Shown here piece by piece: positions 36,491-45,338 of a stretch of 45,338 bases of DNA (position 1 is the stretch's first letter; each line of letters starts with the position of its first letter). Source of the stretch: Octopus bimaculoides. Its lineage: Eukaryota. The stretch is taken from contig NC_068981.1 of NCBI RefSeq assembly GCF_001194135.2, positions 72,399,527-72,444,864 of the forward strand. Direction: 5' to 3'. A program made the position numbers and the translations under genes. Under the pieces are notes generated by a model that saw only the letters and a program-made list of their open reading frames with translations, was not told the origin of the DNA and did no database searches.

Positions 36491-37157
36491 TCGTACTACT
36501 ACTATGGTTGTTCCTACTGTAGTGTTGTTTCCCATGTTGTCTTGCCAATGTTGATGTCATTGGCATTTATTACTCATTGTATTTTCCAGTACTTCTACAG
36601 CCATAACTTTGCATTTGATATTTTTATTGCTGCTGCTAATAGCATTAAAATTTGCTGTTGTTGCCCATGTTGTATTTTGTTTTTGCCTTTATTATTGTCT
36701 TCTCGTGTACTAAATTGATAACAGTTTTCTCTTCTTTAATTATCTGCAAAATTGATGACAAATACGGTAGTAATGTGACCAGAATATTTCAATTACCAAA
36801 TATTCCCTTCATATGTAATAATACATTGCTATTGTTTTCCTCTCCATTTCCGATTTCAAATTTGTTATTGAAATGTTCATTTTGATATATTCTTGCAATG
36901 TAACAAAATTGCACCTGAATCAATAGCTCAGATTCCTACAATATATTGAAGTTAACTGTGGGAATGTTGGAGCCAAAATACATAAGAAAATATTTCCTTC
37001 AAATGTGATAGAGATGGCAACTGGTTTCCTTGCTATTTTCTGGTTTCATATTTGTTACTAAATAGATGTTTGCAAAATTCAAGTTTAAATATTACACTAT
37101 TAGTACACTGCAACAAAATTGCGTTTTCTACAATATAAATTGAACATATATTATTTC

Positions 37158-37300
37158 TTGTCTCGAGGTTCACGGCCAAACGGCTGAGTGGGTTCGCGTG
37201 AAAATTGACACACATGTGGAGACGGGTGCATAGATTGGAATGCGCTTTGTATTTTTTTCCTAGCCTCCATAGTTACCGAGAAAATCGAGTAAAACAACCT
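37158..37300. mobile_element. Possible Helentron/DINE-like fragment
   Basis: CACGGCCAAACGGCTGAGTGGGTTCGCGTGAAAATTGACACACATG resembles the AACGGCT..CCGAT..ATGAAATTT motif of such elements. Confidence 0.3.
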
Positions 37301-38227
37301 GTGTGCGTGCGTGTATGTGAGTGTGTGTCACTGAAGCCATACATACATACATACATACATACANNNNNNNNNNNNNNNNNNNNNNNNNNNNNNNNNNNNN
37401 NNNNNNNNNNNNNNNNNNNNNNNNNNNNNNNNNNNNNNNNNNNNNNNNNNNNNNNNNNNNNNNNNNNNNNNNNNNNNNNNNNNNNNNNNNNNNNNNNNNN
37501 NNNNNNNNNNNNNNNNNNNNNNNNNNNNNNNNNNNNNNNNNNNNNNNNNNNNNNNNNNNNNNNNNNNNNNNNNNNNNNNNNNNNNNNNNNNNTCTCTCTC
37601 TCACATATACACACGCACCATCAACATTACTCTCTCTGTCTCGCACACCCCATCAAACACACACACACATACACACACACATACGCATGCATATCAATTC
37701 TTCCGTCTCATGCCAACTTGAAAAGAAGTTCAGTCTGTCTATATCTCTTCATTTGACGCCCACTTCAAAAGATCTCCTTTCCCCAAAACACATATTAAAA
37801 AAATATTTTCACTTGTCCGACCATTGATCGAGGGATGAAACACAAACCACCTCCTGCTGACTGCAAAACTCCCGCCAAATTAGCCGCAAACACACACACA
37901 CACGTCCATTTTATATGTCTTTCACTTTCTCTATGATTATACACACGTCCAATACAATAGCTCTCACATACATTTCCGTCTTCCACAGGTATGTATCTAT
38001 TCTATAATACAAATTGTTTTTCTATAAGCGTATAACAATTACTTATTCCATACTTCTTCGCTTAGCTTTTATCTTCACTTTTCTTAAATCGGATACGTCT
38101 GCTATTAATTCTTACATACAATTTCCCCGTAAATTTTTACAGGTTCATTTTCTGTTAAAGCAATTCTTCACTTCAACTTCTTAATGCCTCTTCTACTTTT
38201 TCCTAGCCACCATACTTACCGAGAGCG

Positions 38228-38855
38228 TCGATTAAAACTTTTTCTAATGCAATTCCCCTTTCTTCTGCCATTAACACAATCAGTTGCTCACACACCTTAC
38301 AGTTTCTCATTCAAACTACATAATACGCAGAATTGTCGCATTAATACAGTAAGGTGTTTTGAGCGAGATTTGGCTGCTATTTCTACCATTCACAGATTTG
38401 CATTTCAAATATTTAACATAATCTTTTCTATAAATCAACTATCGTAAAAATTTTCTACCATGACCTCATATTTTCTATGTATGTGTGTGTACCTTAAAAG
38501 ACGTGTTTAGACAGAGGTCTAATAGAATAGTTCTCATAAACAGACTACCTACATGTTCTTTCTTCACAACTCCTGAAGATATTTCCTGCGAAGATACTTT
38601 GGAAAGAATTCCGCCCTTCCCCCCACCCCATTTTCTCACAAATTTCCTTATTTCAGAATTTTTTTTTTTTTGCCAAAAATCCCCGTTTCGGACACGAATG
38701 GCTTATTCCATCGAATAAAACTTTCTCTAATGCTATTCCCCTTTCTTCTGCCATTAACACAACCAGTTGCTCACACACCAGACAGTTTCTCACACACCTG
38801 ACAGTTTCTCACACACCTGACAGTTTCTCATTCAAACTACATAATACGCAGAATT
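38228..38855 (+). repeat. 107-bp direct repeat (38228-38334, 38711-38855); second copy has a 19-nt triplication
   Basis: Direct alignment; unit CACACACCTGACAGTTTCT x3 at 38772-38828. Confidence 0.9.
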
Positions 38856-38857
38856 AT

Positions 38858-39028
38858 AAGGCACCGGGTCAATCATTGCAAATGGTTGGTTTCAATCTCA
38901 CAGAGCAAGTGTTCTACCACGGTCAACTTTACGTTGGATGCTCCCGTGCTGGCAGTCCACAAAGTCTATACATTTGTGCATCAGAAGAGAAAACGAGAAA
39001 CGTTGCCTACAAAGAAGCGCTCCACTGA
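38858..39028 (+). pseudogene. Helitron RepHel C-terminal PIF1-like helicase fragment
   Basis: Manual translation KAPGQSLQMVGFNLTEQVFYHGQLYVGCSRAGSPQSLYICASEEKTRNVAYKEALH* (INKAQGQ, HGQLYV.CSR and TKNVVY motifs). Not in the ORF track. Confidence 0.88.
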
Positions 39029-39319
39029 AAAGACGGCATTTCTTCACATCTTCCAAATCACCCCAGACATCTGCCGCCTCAAATGCTTCGTACTTGCCGT
39101 GCCAGCCAACGTAAGTCAATGACACACAACTTCACTCACTCTATCTCTCTTTCTCACCCTCTTTCTCTCTCACATACACACACACAGAATTACATCCTGA
39201 AGAAAGCTACAAATATTCAGGTGTGCGTGAAGGGTGTGGCATTCAGCGCACACAAATACGCTCAAAAATACAGAAAGAAGACTGTCCTAGAGTTAAAGCT
39301 ATCATAAAAGGCAAACTTA

Positions 39320-39453
39320 GGGCTCAGTTTGTTCTTATTCTATTAACTCCGATAGGATGAAAAGCAAAGCTGGTGGCATTTAAGTTCATAACGTTAAGAA
39401 CCAGAATAAATACCAATAAACATTTTGTCCAATACACTAACGATTCTGCTAGC
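39320..39453 (-). mobile_element. SINE family A, degenerate
   Basis: Reverse complement GCTAGCAGAATCGTTAGTGTATTGGACAAAATG...GCTTTTCATCCTATCGGAG. Confidence 0.6.
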
Positions 39454-39537
39454 GATAATGAGAGAAGGAAGATTGTTCAATCTATTGTATAAATAAATTA
39501 CCAGAATGGTGTTTTCTGACTATGTTATTGAGGACTG

Positions 39538-39745
39538 AGGCGGCGAACCGTTATCATGCCAGGCAAAAAGCTTAGCGGCATTTCGTTCGTCTTTATGTTC
39601 TGAGTTCAAATTTTGCCGATGTCGGATTAGCCATCCATTCTTTCGAGATCGATAAAATAAGTATCAGTTGAACACTGGGGTCGATGTAATCGACTTAATA
39701 CTAACCCGAACTTGCTGGCCTTGTGCCAAAATTTGAAACCAATAT
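39538..39745 (+). mobile_element. SINE family A
   Basis: GGCGGCGAACCGTTATC...CTGAGTTCAAATT...CACTGGGGTCGATGTAATCGAC...GGCCTTGTGCCAAAATTTGAAACC. Confidence 0.88.
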
Positions 39746-40559
39746 CAGCGAGGACTAGGGGACCGTCAATAGTTTACAGACATCTTGCACTGTACGATAG
39801 TCGCTTCATGAAATGTCGACTGGGGAAGACAACGATATCCGTAACTTCCAATTGTACCGCTTCCGCTGGCAGTGTTTGGCAAAACTACTGTTACCAAGGA
39901 ATATATTTATTTTTGTCTATATGGTACTCTGGCTTAGTGCTATGTTTATTTGTGCTTATATCTTATAGAAGAGGATTGTGCTTATATCTGATAGGAGAGG
40001 AACGAAGCATGAAAGTTCTATTGAAATATTTCTTTTCTGGTGGAAATTAGGTTTTACAATGTTCTCCTTTTGTTTTCATCTGAACAACCGTCTTCCATTT
40101 ATTCAAAATATGTTTAACGCAGCTGGTTTGATAAAAAAAAGAAAAGTGCTACAGAGTGAATCTAAAGAATTTGAACATTCCTTGGAAGCATATGTTCTGA
40201 TCCACACTACTAGAGAACATATCACTAAAACACATCCCTTCACAAGCAGAATCGTATTATAGACGACGAGGATCAGTCTGATGACTTGCGTTGGCAAAAT
40301 TGTCAAGGGAAAGGATATAGCCTTTGCTTGACACACTCCGGTTGATGAACTGGTGTTTATTTTGTGTGTACAGGAATTAATAGTTTATAACATTTGTATT
40401 AAAGACATCTCATACAGGCACAAGGTTATGAGTATGAGAAAGATGCATTTGAAGTTGCTAGTGTTATTTACGAGTAAATGTCATTACGTTGATGGTCATA
40501 ATAAGTAGGATTTGAATTCAGGACGTACAAAGTTACACCTGGATATCAAAGGACATTCA

Positions 40560-40814
40560 GTCCTACTCTCTAGAAATTCTGTCTTCTTCACTCATTTCTC
40601 CTCCACTTCCTCTTTTCTCCACCCTCCCTCCTCCTCCTCCTCCCCCTTCTCCTCCTCCTCCCGTCTCCCTTCCCTTCATCTTCCTCTTCCTTACCCTCCC
40701 TCTTTTTCTCATTCTCCCTCCCTCGCTCCTTCCTCCCTCGCTCCTCCCTTCCTCTCCACCTCCTCCATCCCCTCTCCCTTCTCCTCTTCATCATCGTCGT
40801 CGTCGCCGCCGTCG

Positions 40815-40854
<40 letters not shown>

Positions 40855-40925
40855 TTCTTCTTTTCCTCCTCCTTCTACTTCACTAGCACATCCCACACCA
40901 TTACTTTTACTTCTAGTTTCCTTCT
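40560..40925. repeat. Polypyrimidine low-complexity tract with (TCC)n and (TCA)n
   Basis: Direct reading. Confidence 0.9.
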
Positions 40926-41246
40926 TTCACTCAATTCTCTTCTTGATCTTATTTTTATTGGTTTCACTCTCGTCTATTTTACATATACCTCCACTTTGCC
41001 ACTCTATTTACCACCACCACCTCCCTCGCCACTAATCATCCCTCCACCAAGCTGTCAACACTACAGCCAATATTAACAATAATGATAAAATGTTTTGTTT
41101 GCTAATTTCTGGAAGTAAATCGGCATTTTTTGTATTTGCTGCCGATAAGAAAAACCGCACATGAGCGGGAGATTTTGAAAAATTATAGCATTTAAGCACA
41201 AGTCATGTTTCTATGTAGTGCCTCATGTTTATATGTTAATCTTGGC

Positions 41247-41327
41247 TTTTCCGCTGATGATAGCTGGCCTTGCAAAATATTTTATTTTATTTTGCTAAAT
41301 ATAGCTTGAAACCATTGGTTCGGAAAA
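41247..41327 (+). ncRNA. Type I hammerhead ribozyme, intact core, 7-bp helix I
   Basis: UUUUCCG-CUGAUGA-U-AGCU...GCAAAAUA(8 nt)UAUUUUGC...AGCU-U-GAAAC-CAUUG-GUU-CGGAAAA; predicted cleavage after 41320. Confidence 0.8.
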
Positions 41328-41862
41328 TAGATGGTAAATGTTTTTATTTTTCATTCCCATTCGAAATTATCCCTAATTGTGGTGTGGGGTTTTGACTGCT
41401 CCTTCTAGCGGGTTAGATGTCCTATTATGGACATCTCTGATGTGTTTAAATGTACACTGTATTCATATATNNNNNNNNNNNNNNNNNNNNNNNNNNNNNN
41501 NNNNNNNNNNNNNNNNNNNNNNNNNNNNNNNNNNNNNNNNNNNNNNNNNNNNNNNNNNNNNNNNNNNNNNNNNNNNNNNNNNNNNNNNNNNNNNNNNNNN
41601 NNNNNNNNNNNNNNNNNNNNNNNNNNNNNNNNNNNNNNNNNNNNNNNNNNNNNNNNNNNNNNNNNNNNNNNNNNNNNNNNNNNNNNNNNNNNNNNNNNNN
41701 NNNNNNNNNNNNNNNNNNNNNNNNNNNNNNNNNNNNNNNNNNNNNNNNNNNNNNNNNNNNNNNNNNNNNNNNNNNNNNNNNNNNNNNNNNNNNNNNNNNN
41801 NNNNNNNNNNNNNNNNNNNNNNNNNNNNNNNNNNNGTAGCCTTAATATACACAACAACAAAA

Positions 41863-41923
<61 letters not shown>

Positions 41924-41971
41924 TGTAATCGTATGTATATCTTCGTGTTTGATTTGTTCATGTTTTGATTT

Positions 41972-42118
41972 GTTTATGTCGCCGTAGCATAGCGATTCAG
42001 CAAAAGAGAACGATAGAATAAGTACTAGACTTCAAAAATAAATTCTGGGGGTCGATGTATTCGAAGCAGCGCCCAACATGGCCGCAGTCCAATGACTGAA
42101 TGAAGTAAAAATAAAATA
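41972..42118 (+). mobile_element. 3' tail of composite SINE family B
   Basis: Homologous to the reverse complement of 24858-24965; ends CATGGCCGCAGTCCAATGACTGAA..AAGTAAAAATAAAA. Confidence 0.75.
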
Positions 42119-43474
42119 TATAAAAGTTACACTTTTGCAGCAACAGTCTCAGACAGGTCAAGATTAATGAACCAATTCTATTTAAAGAACGCACTCCTGA
42201 TGTTCGTTCGCATTACTTGCTTTTATATTACATTCTCGGATTTAGATTATTTTCCATTTCAATTTTGATTTGCTGTTTTATTTTTCAAGTATTTCCTATT
42301 CTCAGCTATTTTTACATAAATGGGATTTCTTTTTGTTTGTTATTTTTTAATTAACCCCTCGTTAAATTCTTGTTTGAAATAGTAATAGTTATCTTAATAC
42401 ATTTACAGATCCTGAAGAGAAGTTCTAAAATAGAATAACATGCTCGCACGCGCAATGAAGCATTGCACATACGCCTAAGACATACAGATGCACATACATA
42501 CATACATACATACATACATACATACATACATACATACATGCATACATACATACATACACACACATACTTGCACACATATACATATATAACAATTGATTAT
42601 TGATTCACACTGTTGTAAATTGGAATTAAACGATGAAAGTGCTGAGAAGGATATGTATATATANNNNNNNNNNNNNNNNNNNNNNNNNNNNNNNNNNNNN
42701 NNNNNNNNNNNNNNNNNNNNNNNNNNNNNNNNNNNNNNNNNNNNNNNNNNNNNNNNNNNNNNNNNNNNNNNNNNNNNNNNNNNNNNNNNNNNNNNNNNNN
42801 NNNNNNNNNNNNNNNNNNNNNNNNNNNNNNNNNNNNNNNNNNNNNNNNNNNNNNNNNNNNNNNNNNNNNNNNNNNNNNNNNNNNNNNNNNNNNNNNNNNN
42901 NNNNNNNNNNNNNNNNNNNNNNNNNNNNNNNNNNNNNNNNNNNNNNNNNNNNNNNNNNNNNNNNNNNNNNNNNNNNNNNNNNNNNNNNNNNNNNNNNNNN
43001 NNNNNNNNNNNNNNNNNNNNNNNNNNNNNNNNNNNNNNNNNNNNNNNNNNNNNNNNNNNNNNNNNNNNNNNNNNNNNNNNNNNNNNNNNNNNNNNNNNNN
43101 NNNNNNNNNNNNNNNNNNNNNNNNNNNNNNNNNNNNNNNNNNNNNNNNNNNNNNNNNNNNNNNNNNNNNNNNNNNNNNNNNNNNNNNNNNNNNNNNNNNN
43201 NNNNNNNNNNNNNNNNNNNNNNNNNNNNNNNNNNNNNNNNNNNNNNNNNNNNNNNNNNNNNNNNNNNNNNNNNNNNNNNNNNNNNNNNNNNNNNNNNNNN
43301 NNNNNNNNNNNNNNNNNNNNNNNNNNNNNNNNNNNNNNNNNNNNNNNNNNNNNNNNNNNNNNNNNNNNNNNNNNNNNNNNNNNNNNNNNNNNNNNNNNNN
43401 NNNNNNNNNNNNNNNNNNNNNNNNNNNNNNNNNNNNNNNNNNNNNNNNNNNNNNNNNNNNNNNNNNNNNNNNNN

Positions 43475-43546
<72 letters not shown>

Positions 43547-43874
43547 CGTGCATGAGTCGGAGTCGTCTTAGAGACCATAAGTCAAGGAGAAGATGCACTC
43601 GTATATCTCAGTAGAGTGGGTATATTATCCGAATTTTATAGTATTAAATATCCATCACGGCCACTAGACTACATACAAACGACTCCTGCTACTCTCCCAC
43701 CAGACAAATTAAATTTGGAGTGCTTTGATTGTAACTAAACATCGACCTTCTTTTTAGGTCCAAAACATACTGTCATGTGACACTAACACACGGACGTAGC
43801 GGAAAAGTACAAAAGGTTATAAGCTTAACCATTGTCTTCATTCTTTACAAACATTTGCTAGAAAACATCCAGAG

Positions 43875-44231
43875 CAGTGGTTCCCAAACTATGAGTCGCG
43901 ACCCACTGATGGGTCGCGAACGGAATCCTAGTGGGTCGCAAAAAGTTATAAAATTACGCATTAGCTTTGATTAACTGCTGTCTATCGAGATAGTTCAAGA
44001 CTCATGCTTTCAATAGCAGACTGGTTGTTTTATCAAGCAGTAGGCTTTTTTAATTCTATTATTGAGCGTAGCAAGAAACAGGCTCATCCTTCTCACAGGC
44101 CTCAATGAAAATGTAATCTGAAATAAATTTGTTTCTTTCATTAATGTCTTTACTCAATAGAGTTAAATGGGTCGCCATAAAGTGGTGTCATAAATAGTGT
44201 GTCGCGTCTCTAAAAAGTTTGGGAACCACTG
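43875..44231. mobile_element. hAT (Charlie-like) MITE, 357 bp
   Basis: Perfect 16-bp TIR CAGTGGTTCCCAAACT, perfect 8-bp TSD ATCCAGAG, subterminal GGGTCGC motifs. Confidence 0.95.
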
Positions 44232-44574
44232 ATCCAGAGCATTGTCTGTTTGGACATGTTCAGTCACTCGTGCCAGCCTTAACTTACGACTCCAAACATT
44301 GTCACTTGATACTAACATACAGACGTAGCGGGAAACTTACAAAAATTTCTAAGACCAATCATATAACTATCCTCTATCAATCAAATCCTATTCAAAACAT
44401 ACTAATTTGAGCCATGAACTCCCTATAAAAATAGAGCAAGCTTCAAGCACTAGTCAGAAGTGCCTAACCTAAAAAAAAAAAAAAATACTAGGGTCTATTC
44501 GTTCGGCTAAATTCTTGAAGTCGGTGCCCCTGTATGATAGGAAGGGTGCAATACACATGCACCCTTCCTATCAT

Positions 44575-44760
44575 CCAGACCTCGCTAGCTAGGACGATAT
44601 TTATGGCCACTAACCTTGGCCATAACACAGACACCTACACTTACTTACTGCCCCACTCCTTTAACTCAAAGAACAACACTAGCGGCTACTGTCTGTCTGA
44701 ATCTCTTTTATCTACATTATTTACGAATTCATTTTACTTTACTTTATCTTGTATTTCTTA
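44575..44760 (+). pseudogene. Possible PLE GIY-YIG C-terminal remnant
   Basis: TSLAR/RYLW...LGHN...HSFNSKNNTSGYCLSESLL resembles TELSKYIW..K.HNY...CNLCLSEKLLI, followed by a pyrimidine tract. Confidence 0.3.
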
Positions 44761-44864
44761 CTTTATCTTCTTATACCTTTATTCCTTTATCTTTATCTTT
44801 TTGTTTATATTGTTCATTATATTTTTATATTCTTCGGCAATGCCATGTCAACTGCTTTTCTCTC

Positions 44865-44931
44865 TCTTCTTCTTCTTCTTCTTCTTCTTCTTCTTCTTCT
44901 TCTTCTTCTTCTTCTTCTTCTTCTTCTTCTT

Positions 44932-44961
<30 letters not shown>
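44865..44961. repeat. (CTT)n microsatellite
   Basis: Direct reading. Confidence 0.98.
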
Positions 44962-44964
<3 letters not shown>

Positions 44965-45079
44965 CTCACTAGCCACTATCGCTCTATTACTAGCCACTAT
45001 CTCTCTCTTTCTACTTACTTCTTCTCTGTCCCTCAATAGCCAATTCCTACTCTCTTACACTATCCTTCTATTACGAACC

Positions 45080-45111
45080 ATGACTGAAACAAGTAAAAGA
45101 GTAAAAGAGTA
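45080..45111 (+). mobile_element. 32-nt 3' tip of SINE family B
   Basis: ATGACTGAAACAAGTAAAAGAGTAAAAGAGTA matches the tail at about 42092-42118. Confidence 0.55.
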
Positions 45112-45288
45112 TATGACTTGAGATATCTTGCCTTGGTGTTTTTTATCCGTTTTAACAAACTTATATCCGCTATATCGGAAATCTACAATAAGTTCCATAA
45201 CTCACGTCTCAGTTACGAGCTTGGAACGCTGGTAATCCGTTACAGCACTTACCCAGCATACCTATTTGTTTAGATCACCTGTGAACTT

Positions 45289-45338
<50 letters not shown>

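Noticed and set aside
38772-38828. Regular short repeats considered as a CRISPR-like array
   Set aside because: Contiguous 19-mers with no spacers, eukaryotic context, no cas genes.
39978-40262. 94-aa plus-strand ORF
   Set aside because: No recognisable domain and no supporting splice structure; length is within chance expectation.
40278-40315. CUGAUGA followed by a UUGC/GCAA stem
   Set aside because: No GAAA and no helix I.
41415-41435. 7-bp hairpin GATGTCC-TATTAT-GGACATC near the 41247 HHR
   Set aside because: Short enough to be chance; worth revisiting only if conserved in HHR family copies.

Overview
AT-rich, repeat-dominated animal genomic DNA from a draft assembly (13 N-gaps, about 4.9 kb or 11%). 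The tRNA-derived SINE families, recognised from memory, point to an octopod cephalopod (Octopus-like). I could not identify any host protein-coding gene; nearly all ORF-track entries are microsatellite, N-run or antisense-TE artefacts. Contents: a decayed Mag-type Ty3/Gypsy element (430-5135, minus) with both LTRs, a tRNA-Ser PBS and a PPT; several Penelope-like (PLE) remnants; an RTE LINE 3' part; a Helitron helicase tail; hAT and mariner MITEs; about 20 SINE copies or fragments; many microsatellites. The most interesting signal is RNA structure not shown in the ORF track: five type I hammerhead-ribozyme (HHR) motifs from four unrelated repeat families (20340-20381, 29121-29169 plus 29490-29538, 31196-31271, 41247-41327). 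Each family has its own self-complementary helix III. PLE-associated HHRs are a known class, so any novelty lies in these particular families and variants. Also notable are an ORF-bearing element whose 5' end is a SINE head (1-429) and a 45-bp fully pairable hairpin (30003-30110). All calls are by eye; no searches or folding programs were run.
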